Origin: Bugula neritina
Taxonomy: Eukaryota > Animalia > Bryozoa
NCBI GenBank assembly: GCA_964035545.1
Contig: OZ037769.1
Coordinates: 8,847,929-8,911,928 of the forward strand
DNA: 64,000 nucleotides
Reading direction: 5' to 3'
Shown piece by piece: positions 28,539-41,312 of this stretch; the first letter of the stretch is position 1; the number at the start of each line of letters is the position of its first letter. The notes under the pieces were generated by a model. It was given only the letters and a program-made list of their open reading frames with translations. It ran no database searches and was not told the origin of the DNA. The position numbers were made by a program, and so were the translations under genes.

Positions 28539-31500
28539 ATGAATGGATCAACCTGGATACCACTTAATCTTCTTCTTATGCTATCCACCTTGACAGAAAC
28601 ATCGGCTAAAACTGTTGATGTCTTTTGGAACAAAACCAGTTCACAGTAAGTAAACACCTAAATAACAATTATTACAATACTTAAACTTATTTGTTTTGTG
28701 TACACAATAATTTCTATATATATAATCTTCATATCTCTCAGCAGGCTTTTCTTAATATCAACTGAACTGCATTAACTTAATTGTCCGTTTACAAGTTCCT
28801 GACATCTTTCCTTACCATCAATTTTGTCCAAAATATTTTCATAAATTACAACTTATAATAATCACTTACTGGAACAATAATTTGATGCCATGTTTAATGA
28901 GGTAGACGACTGATAATATCATTCAAGGTGTCACCTTATAAACTCAGCTGGTCACTGTTGGTGGTAGTTCACGTGATTATCATACACAATGCAGGGCATA
29001 ATTATCTTCATGAAGTATCTCTGCAGCCCTTCACATAATTTAGCATCGCATAAAGTGATAGCGTGACTCATCAAGTTGGAATCAGTATAATATAATCAAA
29101 TATTTGCTAAGCAACATCATCTCGTCTGCTAAAGAGAATAATATTGAAGTTGGATAATATTAAGAAAAAATAGATATATTACTAATAACAATATAGTTGT
29201 TGCTCAATTACAAGTATGTTAGCCAAATCCTGCAAATAGTAGAGAATTATTACTAGGAATATTGCAAGATTTATATTTTCTCACTGAAGGGCTGGAGACT
29301 TTCAAAGAAAGTTATCAACTTTTTATGACATAAATTTGCAAACTTTTACTACCAAGGCAATTGTTTTTGGTTAGAAACTACCCCAATTAATTCTCCATTT
29401 CAAAATATTGTTTTCTGTAAAATAGTTTTTCTCATAAAAGTATTATATAAAGGAAGTGTTTAGTAGACTAGTGTTCCTCTCTCTCTGGACAGATCAAAGC
29501 AGTTGGATGAAAAAGTGATTTTCAAATCTGAGTTGGTAATAGAATTCTATCTGAAACAGTGTTTGCTTTGCTAACAATGAAAACATGGGCCTGTCTCAAC
29601 ATAATAATGCTACAATGAAAGCATAACAGCACAGCTTTAGTGCCTATTGTTTAATAATGATTAAAATTAAATTAAGTACTTGTATGTGTTAGAGTTGAAC
29701 CAGGCTCTTTTGTGTCAAGTTTTTGTTACTTATTCATCTCAAATAAAAGGTTAATTTGAAAATCACACAAGCCTTTAGGTTTGCCATAGAAAAAGTTGGC
29801 AGAGGCAATGTTTACAACTAACTACTGGGCTAAAGCTGAATAGAGCTGCTATTGGTCTATATATGTTGACATATATATGGAGATATTTTATAAATTTTAG
29901 ATATATTACCACTTTGTATACTGGCAAAAAATAAATGGTAGAGCTGGCTTTGTGCTGCTAAACACACAAATACCATCTATCTGTAGGAGTTTAAACTAAA
30001 AAGTGATACCGTGTTAAACTGATACACGTTAGGAAAATAAGACGAGTGGAAAGCTGAACCTATGCAAAACTCTAAACGCTATATTTCCCAATGTGTTGGA
30101 ATTTGAAGCCAATTATTATCAAGTCGAAGGTTTTTTATTGTCTAAGCAAAAACATCTTTAGCCTGTTGGCTCTCAGCAACTGACATTCATTTCAGAAAAC
30201 ACCACTGATGTGCACTAATATGGCTCTTATTAGTGTGTATTTTAGTAAAACAGAAGTTGGCTAAATTATACTTCATTACTTTGGCACCTTTTATCTAAAC
30301 AAGAAGATCACATTACAGTTTCATGCTTATGACTTTGTAATGCATCTGCTTATATACTAATTTGCATGTTCCACTTCAAAAGTCTGCACCTTTCAAGTGC
30401 TAGCAAATCTAAGAGAAAGTTGAACAATTCCCAAATGCACTAATACGATTTAAAAAAAGGAATCATTATTTTTAAAAAGAGGTTTTAAAAGAGCTGTTTT
30501 TTTTAAATTATTGTATTACTTGGTAGCATATGAACTAAATTGCGGTATACTGCAGTAGATTATTATTCTTTATTACTATGCATTATACATTTTTTGTACA
30601 TTTATGGTGGTGACTGAAAATAGCTAACCCTAAATGGGGATCATCTTCACACGGATATCCCATTTGCTAAATTATGCTAGAAGTAGGCCTAATAGAAAAA
30701 CAAGAATTTAAGTACAAGTACTTGTTTTTCTCTAGAATTTTTCTAAATTAAAACCGATTAAAGTACTTTGCAAAGATGTCCAATACTACAATAACATACT
30801 TTAGAACTAACCAACAATGATGAGTATAAAATGCTCTAATACCACCATTCTACAATGGAGAGGTAGCAAGGGTAACTAACTAGTGGGGCTATCAGCCAGC
30901 CATCAGCCAAGTTGGTATAGACTGCAAACTGTGAGATTGTCTGACCTAGTTCACAGACTTGACCTACTTAACGTGCACTTACTTACAGCTGCGACTCATG
31001 CTAAACTATATATGTGATAGCAACACATGGCAGTAAGTGGCACATGGGAATTCTTTTGACCAATTTGTCAGAAAGATTAATTGTCTTCCTATGAATTGTG
31101 TATGGACCATTTACAATTATTGGTAACCCCATTTGCGCCCTTTCAAGTTGATTGCATCATTGCTTACTTTAGAAGAAAAAATACATTTTTTGTTCATTAA
31201 AAGTGATCGAAAATAACAAACCTTATATAAGTAAATCTACATCCTTATAGCAGATAAATATAATTTAATCCTAGCTTAAGCAGTGAAGTCAAACAAAGGA
31301 GGTAGTCAGACTAAAGTCTTAGAAACCAGGCTAGGACAATTCTTGGAACTTTTTAAATTTCTAGGGTTTGCAGCTTATGTCATAAAAGAAAACTGCTGCC
31401 TTTGATAGCAAGAGATTGTATGTGGAATCATGACTATTTTTAGCTAAATAGAAACCAGTAGCAAGTTTTAAGCTTTGCAGGGTAGCTAAAATTATAAATA

Positions 31501-34500
31501 TTGACTTTTGCACTCTAACTAACACATTACATTTTTGAGCAACTACCTTAAGCCATAGTCTCATCAAGTCACAAGTTACTGTATGTGTTGAATTCACCTT
31601 TTAGATTCAGTATGAGCTCTGGAGTGCTGACTCTACAACTCTCTCTTGCTGACAGAATCGAATTCCGCTGCCCTTATTATACCGGCAATGAGCTTATCTC
31701 TCAGGAATATTACAAGATATACAGAGTAAGTGTTTCACTTTCACCTGCGGCAACATATGGGACATGTACAATGCAAAACCCTTGTCTTATGTAATCTTTA
31801 TGGCCTCCATTCTGCACTGATTAACATATCATTAGCAAATAAGCACTGCTATTAATGGATGATAGAGTAAGGTATTAGTGTAGTTATATTTTATAGAATT
31901 TTATTTTTATTACTTACGCAGCAATAAAGACAGACTCATAAGTTATTAAATTCAGATTGACTATAAAGATTTAGGTGTCTCCTACTGGCTAGATATACCG
32001 ACTGTACACTAGTGGTTCTGCACTGTTCTGTCTACTCCAAATCTACTACTGTACGTTGGCAAGTCGGGATGCAGTTTAAATAAAAACAAGATACTGTGTT
32101 CTTTATTCTAGGCTCAAAGCTTGCAATCAAAAATCTAGACATCTTGCATCTAACCACCTATAAGAAAGAAAAGTACTGCAGCATACTAAAAACTGTGCTT
32201 GCAGAATGTGACGTATTTCAGGGCAGTGAATTTGGCGGTTAGATTCACTGCCCTGGTATGTCAACCATTGGATAATTTCAAAGAACTTTTTACCCGTCAG
32301 TACACTCAAGTGTGTACGCACATTGAGGTCACCCGTCTGATATTTCTATCTAAATGGTGATACTAAACCATGTTGCCATTAATAATGCACCAAAGAAGGT
32401 GCATTGTGTTGGGAAATTATTGCACCCCCAGTTTACACCGGTTTTTGTAAACTGCGTAAACGTAAAGGCGGAAAAAAGTGGCGGAAACGTAAACAGGAGA
32501 AAACAACTCAAAAAAACTTCTAACGACTACTTTTAAACATAAAATCTGGTTGCGTGAGCGTGGCCATAAAATCACGAAACATCCAAGCCGTCGGCGCACA
32601 AAGAGTTTAGTTACACAACTAGTTTTTATTATGATGTTGACAATTACATTTTTACCTGCTAATAATTAACTTTTAAACTACAAAACCGAGCCCAATAATT
32701 GTGATTCTCGTAGTTGCATAGATACCAAAACCTTCGATGTTTTACTATTAACTAAATTTTAGTTGTTCAACTAACATTCGTACGACTTAAGTTATCTAGC
32801 CAGCATAATATTATTTTTTTTATCGAAATTCCCATTAAAATATCTCATTAAAAACTACAGTGAAAATAAGTTAATATTTATCGTTGCATGTAATTGTTAT
32901 AATAAAAAATGCTTATTATTGTTATCATGCTCATGAGTATTTTCAAACTTTAACTATAAAACGTAGAACTATCGTTAGTATTTATAGTACAATGCTATTT
33001 CAAATAGTGTGACTCAATTAGTATAATTTCATCAAATAAATAATTTGATAAATAAACCAAGTTAATACTTATGGGTTAAAATGCAGAACTTTTTAGCTTT
33101 GTGCTTAAAGTGTCTTACTTCCACTACCTCAAACTTGGGCCTTGTGCTCAAAACTTTGATCGATAACTCACTAGAAGTAAATGAATAGCCATGGCAGCAA
33201 AGTTGTTTTAAATTTTTGTTCTTTAAAATAATATTGTAAAGATGTGAGTGAAAATGTACATACTAGTAACTTGTATGTATTACTGTACAGCATGATGTAA
33301 TCAAAGAACACAATAACTTGAAGAACTATTTGATATTTATACAATAAAACATAAAATATGATGCAATAATATAAGTAAAAGTAAGAAGAAAAAAAAAAAT
33401 CAATTTTTTAGTTTTGTATAAAGATGTGTTCAAGGCACAGCAAATAAAAATTACAAAAACATATTTGCTGACGAAATGTCACCAAAATGCTGAACAACTG
33501 AAACTTCGTCATGGCTTATAACGCCTTGCATATAATTGCAAATATGCAACAGCTTATCAAAGCTTTAATGCCCTAAACACCTAATATGAATGTATACATT
33601 TTGCAAAGTCTTGCTAACAGTTAAAATACCGCTAAATAAATCAATATGTTCTCAGTAGGTCTTCTTTGATGCTACAATACGATCTAGAGGAAATATGTAA
33701 ATAATAATGGAACAATCAGCTGTCATTCTTTACTTTGAAAGTGACAATCGCAATCACAGTGGTGTGACAGCTACATTGAAACCAAACCAATTTGTAAAAA
33801 GCAACTTGATTACATTGGAGTCTTGTGACGGAGCTGGTGGTTTACTGTTCTGTCAACTCAGCAGTCAACTTCAAAGGACTTGCACATGCTAGCAAGCAAG
33901 TCCTATGAATTTGTAACAGTGAGTAGCGCAGGGAAATATTCCAAGGATTCTCTTCTTGAACACAAACAAAGCTGCCAAAACAAACAATCAACAAATTACA
34001 ATTTTCTTCACAAGTGCAAAGCTAATGACAAAACACACAGCAAAAAATAAACAATATAGCTGATTATACAGCTGTACCTTTATCACAGTTATTAGAACCA
34101 GAATGTCCGTAATACCTATTGCATTTATTCTTGGAGCTAATTAAATCTTTGTTCCTGCAACAGCAATAAACTGCTCTTGTATTGTGCCTCTTTGTATACA
34201 AGTATTTGTTAAATACTTCTCACCCTACTCTTATCTGTTATATAAAGCAAATCCAGTACTTCCAAGTTTTTAGTTAACTTGACTCCTGGTTCATCAAATC
34301 TTTTCAAAGTGATAGCTAAGACTTTTGGAAGCTTTGTAAACTGAGACAGTTGTACAGTTATATCTAGACTACTAGAGTTGGAAAATAGTAACATGAGTAT
34401 TTATTCAGTAGTCAAAAATTCTCAAGAATATGGTCCAAAATATTATGTAAACATAAAATGCACAAAGTACCCTTCGAAAACATATCCATCTAGTTTCTTG

Positions 34501-37500
34501 GAACTGAATTGATGCCCTGCAGTGTGACCTCACTCTGTAACAAATAAAATAGCCAATACAAAAACGTGATGCTATAGTGCCAATAAAATAAATGTTCTAT
34601 TTGTTGCCAAATCACCTCTAATAGAGGAACTGGTAATAAATTCATTGACTGAGCAAATGCTGTTTCAGCCTTGCAGAAATGACATTTAGTCAACTATTCA
34701 ACTTCTGACCAGAACAATTTTGTCCCATTGAAGAAAAGAGCATAAGTGTTTAGTGTACCTACTAACTGTCACTTTAGGAATTATAAACTATACATAAGCA
34801 ACAAATGTGTTCAAGCAATGTTAATGTTACCCAACCTATTGCATCGCATGTTATAAACTTCCATTAATACCTCGGCAACATCATGCTGCTCATTATTCAT
34901 GAAATCAGGTAAAACCTCTAAAAACAAAATATGTATGTAAAAGAAGCCTTAATTGGTGGCTATTCTTGATTAAAATGTCAATTATACATTTGGTTTTTGA
35001 TAAGGGATTTGAAATTTATCGTTAGCCATGAAATTCAGCCCTTGATCTGTGGAATTGCTACTGGCACAGTAACAAATGAAACATATATAACCAAAAAAAA
35101 CACTAAAGTGAGACCAAAAGACCAAAACAGTGATCTACTTCTCGATTACAGTATGAAAAAACATGACCATTTATTTCCTATATAAATAGAACAAGTTACT
35201 TTAAATCTAGGTTTAAAGTCATATTAATCCCCTAAGAAAAAGATAAATTAAAATTTATGTACTCAGAATTTACTTGTAGCGGTGGTGTGCGGCTTATAGT
35301 TTGAATACATGCATTTAAAAAGCATGTATTTCCAAAATTAGTTATATCTCTATAATCTGTAAAAATTATCAAAACAACAGGACCATTACAATGAATGCTA
35401 AACAATGAATATTCTTGACTTCAAATTATATAATCAGAACAACAATCTGGCTTAAAAAAAACCTAGACTTTTTGGCTTATTTAATATGAAAAAGACTGTT
35501 ACTTTCACAAGACAAATGTCAAATACACTATATCTGCACCACAAGACCAAAATGAGTCTTAACAGGGTATACAATGGGTTTTAAGATAACATGTGACTGA
35601 GTGTTATAGCCAATTCATTAAACACATATATGTTTAAGTTCAACTGCATCAATGTGAAAGTTTGATGCACTTTTTCTCAACGATTTGAATAAAACACTCA
35701 AGTAGTATAAGTATTACTATCCATCTTGTCTTAGACTTACTAATTATTAATCAATATACCATAAGTATAATTATAAACTTATATTAATATCACAATACCA
35801 TTTAACAATTACTGGTTAGTGAATTACATATATAATTAAATGAATTAAAATAAACATAAGATAAGCAGATGTGAATTACTACTACAGTATCAATACAATT
35901 ATGAATTATTATTATTAATAATACAAAATTATATTAAAATAATAGGCTAATAATAATACTACACTTTATATAATGACAATGATTATCATTATGATTATAT
36001 TATTATTATTAATATTAATAATTAATGTAATACTAAAATATTAATTAACATAATACTAATACTTATACTTATACTAAGTTTAATAGTAATAGTAATACTA
36101 ATAGACAATAGACATAGTAATAGAACTAGTAGCACTAAGTTTAATAGCTATACTAATAGTATTACATTTACTATTACTATTAGTATTAATATTAGTATTA
36201 GTAATATAATTATAATTATAATAAATGTAATTCAATACCTAAAGTTGAAATGATATCGTAATCTATAAGTTAATATATAATTATCACTATAACTATAAGT
36301 ATAAGTATATTAATTATTATTTATATTATTAATTAAACGCTATTAGTATTACTATTAGTATTAGTAAAAGTGATACTATTACTATTGAGTATTACTATTA
36401 CTATTAGTATTAGTATTACTATTAGTATTAGTATTAGTATTATTAATATTTCTATTAATATTAATATTATAATTATTATTTATTAAATTTAATCGTTAAT
36501 ATGATTTAGATTATTATTTTAATCGACAATTATTTAGTTTAAAAATGTTATTAATAATTTATAAGCAGATTGAGCTTACCCATCTCTAGCTTTATTTGTT
36601 ATATTGGAAAGTCGAAGTGAGAATTTTAGGTTCAAGCAAAAAGATATAAGCTGTTCAGTTGAAGGGGTGTACTTGTAGAGTTGAAGATATCACGTTGGTT
36701 GTGAGGGATGAAATAGACTAAGTACTTAACACGTTGCCGAGGTTTTCTTAATGCAAGATTATTTTAATTTTAGAGTTGTGTCATTTTTCAACTAAAACCT
36801 ATGCTTCGTGCATACACAAAAGTATTACGCAGCGATTACTAAAAAAATTGCTCGGTTAAGTACTTTTCCGCCGTTTTTGCAGAAATTTCCGCTTTTCCGT
36901 TTACGCAGTTTACAAAAACCGCAGTTTACACTGTCTAGATTTAGTAGATGTCAACAACCAACTGAATCTTATGATTACCATGATGGGTTCGCTTTGGCAT
37001 AAAAAGCTATATTTTAATTCATTATTGCATAAACTTGTATAATTAAATTGTAGTACGTAGGAAATGCAAAAATAATACTTCATATATGTTTTTTTCTAAA
37101 AATAAATAAGTTCCTGGCTTTAAAAAGTACTTATATTGATTTCTGATTAGTAGACCAGTGCAATTCCAAAGTTTATGGAATCAATGTAAATATTGCTCAA
37201 TTCAATAATTCTGAAAATTTTAGAAAGAAGTCCAGCCCTCTTAGTTGGAGGTAGGCCACCATTTAAGCAGGCCTGCAATGGTTTTTGTTTGATTTATAAA
37301 CCCTCAGAAAACTACTCAAAGAGAAACCCTAATGCATAATATTTTTAATATTTTCCATTTGTAAATACAAGTTGTCCGTACTCCGTAGCCTATTACTGCA
37401 TGAGTAGAGTCAAGGTGTGACATCACCACTACGTCAACAGGCGTATTTTCCTCACGTCTCAGTCATAAACAAGCTGTCGGAAGAATTAGTCAAAGAAAAT

Positions 37501-40500
37501 TTTCTTGTCGTCATCAGTCTTCTTATTAATTTTTAAATCAGGATTACTTCTACTTTGTGTGCTGAAGATCTGCAGCATATAATTTTCTAGAGGGTGGGCT
37601 GTGATAGTTGTGGCAGATTTGGATTAAGGTTATTGTACCTTGATTTCCCACAAGGTTTTTAGTATTACCTCGGATTAGGTTTTACTGTTTTTCTTTCCTC
37701 TATGACATGAATTAGAGATGCTGCTCAGTAGGGAATTAGTAGCAGATAATATGTAATCAACTGATGGTGTTGTGCACCTGTGTGTTATTTTGACTTTACA
37801 TGACTCTGTTTAGCCTAGTGACACATTCAATCCCAGATTAGGTTGGTAATTAATTTGTTTTATATCTTTTATTGAATAAAAGCTCAGTTTTTTGTGTTAT
37901 AACCAGTCAATAATGAATTAGAACTTAGGTTGTTGATTAGAAAGTACTGACTAATTCTTCGAATATCATTCAGCTTTAAGTTAGCAATGTTGTGTTTTCG
38001 AAAAGGAAATATTTTGCATTATAGAAGAAAATCTCTACCTAGCTCAAGGAAGCCTTACCGGAACTGCAAATAACAACTGAACTGAGCTGCAACTTTTCCA
38101 GTACTTTGCATTATAAATATTAAAAAATACATTCTCAGGAAGTCAAAATTTTCAGTATTATTTATTTATTGGAGTTACTTTAACCTGAGTTAACAGTTTG
38201 TAGCTGATTCCTCATCAAGTGGGTTTTTGAAAGGATACTATTTTACTGCAGGTAACAAACTTGGCACCTTTTAGTAATAATGCACTGCACTGTTTAGCAC
38301 CTATTACGATGCTGCTATAGCTTAGCAACTACAACATAGTACCATATATTATGTAGTTTAGCCATACCATTACAGGCTTTTATATTATATGATATTGATA
38401 TTGTAGGTACCTCGTGCATACTATGAAAACTGCTATATACCACAAGGTATGTCTGACTCCCAACTCTCCTCTCTCAACATCCGCAGGGTTACTAGCTGTG
38501 TAAAACCAGAGGAGCCCCACATATACTCAGTTGTTCTCACGCAGTTCTCTGCACTTCCCGGAAGTCATGGAGGATTGGAGTTTCTACCTGGGCAGATGTA
38601 CTATTTTATATGTAAGTATTTCCTTAGTATATAGTTATTATATAATAGTTTCATCATTAAAATTTATCTAATACAAAATATTTTTTATTATATCATAGTT
38701 TCATTATTATACATTGTATAACTAGTACAAAATGTATTTTTATTATAAGCACAAGACTTAAATTACATCTTTCTGTTACAAGCAATGACTCATCGAAGCA
38801 TACAATAATATAATGTGATATAGTAAGGAAAAAAGAGCAATGGTCCAGTTGTGGTTTTCTACAAATTACTAAGACTGTCCATGACAGTTATTTGTCATTT
38901 TTATATTCATTCTTCTACTTATAAAGTCTTAGCAACTATATAAGTAACGTTTAAGACAACTTATATTAAAAAATAATATATTTTTAAGTATCCTCTAAGC
39001 TGATATAATATCTAGCATTTCACAGTGCGTAAATAAGATAATTATGCTTTACGTAACATTATTTTATACGACACTGTTATGTAATGTATTTTCTTAATAA
39101 GGATTATACTGTATTAGGCTTGGCCCAAGCTGCCCTAGAATGGGCCTGGATGTATAAGCTTTGTGGTTCACCGATGAGTTTTTTTTCAAAATATTTTTTT
39201 CAAGCATGATGAGTCTATTGCCAGTTTCAGCACCACTTTTTTACTCATACCTTTCTTGTTTCACACTTGATTGTCTCCCCTGACATATTGTTGTGTATAT
39301 ACTGTACACAGCTACATCAGATGGCTCCATGAGTGGAATAGACAACAGGAGTTCTGAGGGAAGTGCTTGTAGGATGTATAACATGAAGATGAAGTTAAAC
39401 ATCTCAGCACCTGCAGGTCAGCAATGAAGTCCTTCATGTAGACAGCATCAGCTGCCTTAACATATGATATACACTGTTCTGTTGCCCTTGTAAAAGGCTA
39501 ATGTCCACTTTGATGTGGTCACAAATGCTGATACTAAAAGATGATTTAAGACTCACATTTAGAATGCTGTCTGTTTTCAGGTTACCAGAGGTCAACCAGG
39601 AGACCCTCTGAGACTGTAACCAGAACTGGAAGCTTAACTCATCCAGCAACTGGAACAGGTTGGGTTTTCATCTTGTCGGTACATCTAGCTGTAAGATTAA
39701 TTTATGTAGTGCAAAATATTTCAATATATTAGCAATAAGCATCATTAAAAAGGTACCAAAAGTAAATTTAATTTACTATTATGTTATGCAAAAAATGAGT
39801 ATATATATAATTCCTATTTTGAGAACAAAATGTAGATAAGTTAGAAGCTATTCTTTATCTTGTTGGCAATCTAGAATCTTTTTAAGTAGTTTTGTTTGAA
39901 CATACTGCCAATTAAACTTTATCTCAATAGCTTTAGCAAATATTATTAGTTTTATGGGCCATTTTTAAGAGACAGCTTTTTTGGATATTAAATGAGTGCT
40001 CTAACATTTGATTAGCTTTTTGTCATTTGGAATTTGTACCCAAAACAAACTGATTTATCAAAAAACAGTCAGTCTTCAACTAATACTGTTATACACAATA
40101 TCTAAGAGCCTTAATATTCACATCATCTTTGCACTGATCTATAAAATTATGAGATATAAGAGTGATAACTTAGGGCTTTATATAGACTATAAAGCTACCT
40201 GTATGCATGCTCATAAAACAGGAAGTAAACCAAACAAAGAAGTAACATTCTGTTGATATCCTTCCAACGTAATTTCTAAAGAAAAAAATGTTCAGGAATG
40301 AGATTTTATTGGTATTGTATAGGCACAAAACGTTTTGTGTTTTCAAATTTATGGAGAAATTCATCTTTTCTTCAACGTTTACCATACAATAGGAATATTA
40401 TTTATTAAAGGACAGCGCATTTATATCTGTTTTGACATTTATTGCATGTTTATATTTACCAGTTGCTATCACAGCTGCTTTTTTACTCCTGTGAACTTGT

Positions 40501-41312
40501 GCTTGGAACTCGTGTGAACTAGTTTACAGATATGTTGATACAATAGTTATATATTATGGTGGTGCTCTAATGTGCTGTAATTACCAAAAGATTGTATTTC
40601 TTCAATCATTAATAATGATAATGATGCATAAAAAAGAGATGACTGAATGTTGTTGTTAGTTGACTAATGATAGTGAAGTGTGCCTGCCAGCTCGTATTAA
40701 TTGCTTGTCAAGTATTCTTATTGGTGCAAGTGTGAGAATTAGCACTTGAATGTATTCATCTTCAAATACAATTTGTGTAGCAGCAGTGTATGCAGACAAT
40801 ATGGCTAGCAACCCATGGGAAACCTCACTAGTCTATGACTAAGCTCTCCAAAACACTGCTTGCATGTTTACATTAGACCATACCTGCCTGCACAACGTCA
40901 TTACACCAGACTGTTGAATACCAATTGTTACATATGCTAACCTTACTGATCCAATAGCTTTAAAATGTAAATCTGCTCGGTTGCCATGACGATGCTTGTT
41001 GACAATGTGTTTGAGGTAGAATACAGACACTCATTGTCCAGCTTAATGTAATCTCACAGTGTGTAAATAATTAGTGAGAAATATTTAATTTAATTGTCAA
41101 CTTAAATAATTCAGCTATAAAAGTTTGTCTGGTAATGTTTTTCAGATTTATCCTCCAAGACCACCACAGACTATGCAAGGCCCAAATATCCACAAGCTGT
41201 GATAAATGCTGAGATTAAGCTGCCCTCGTCTAGCAACAGCCCACCTTACAGCCCTTTGATGTTTGTGCTGAGTCTATTGTGTAGTATCCTATGCAGGCAT
41301 CATATTCTTTAG
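28539..41312 (+). CDS. Ephrin ligand, ~260 aa, GPI-type C-terminus, 6 coding exons (28539-28645, 31605-31725, 38407-38611, 39312-39416, 39581-39658, 41146-41312)
   Basis: Signal peptide MNGSTWIPLNLLLMLSTLTETSA is followed by the ephrin motifs VFWNKTS, DRIEFRCPYY, EYYKIYRV...YENC, C.KP, QFSALP..GGLEFLPGQMYYFISTSDG and C....MK. A Ser/Thr-rich linker and hydrophobic tail end at TAG 41310-41312. All joins are in phase. Confidence 0.92.
33440..35612 (-). pseudogene. Decayed ubiquitin-specific protease (peptidase C19)-like gene fragments
   Basis: Ordered minus-strand fragments: possible Cys box ..VTCYL (~35583-35612), DFMNNEQHDVAEVL (34836-34917), KLFWSEVE*LTKCHFC (~34680-34712), FTKLPKVLAITLKRFD (34209-34394 ORF), GHSG (~34100) and SHDEVSV...SSANMFL* (~33455-33515). 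In-frame stops are present. Confidence 0.65.
35900..36540. repeat. AT-rich low-complexity tract
   Basis: Degenerate AAT/TAG/TAC triplet and hexamer runs. Confidence 0.8.

Larger units (their letters stand above)
32429..36933. mobile_element. Putative non-autonomous TIR DNA element (~4.5 kb) in ephrin intron 2
   Basis: A GC-richer inverted repeat (24-bp exact core CGGTTTTTGTAAACTGCGTAAACG, extending to ~37 bp with 2 mismatches) lies at ~32439-32475 and ~36885-36921. No clean target-site duplication (TSD) is seen at these ends. Confidence 0.7.
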
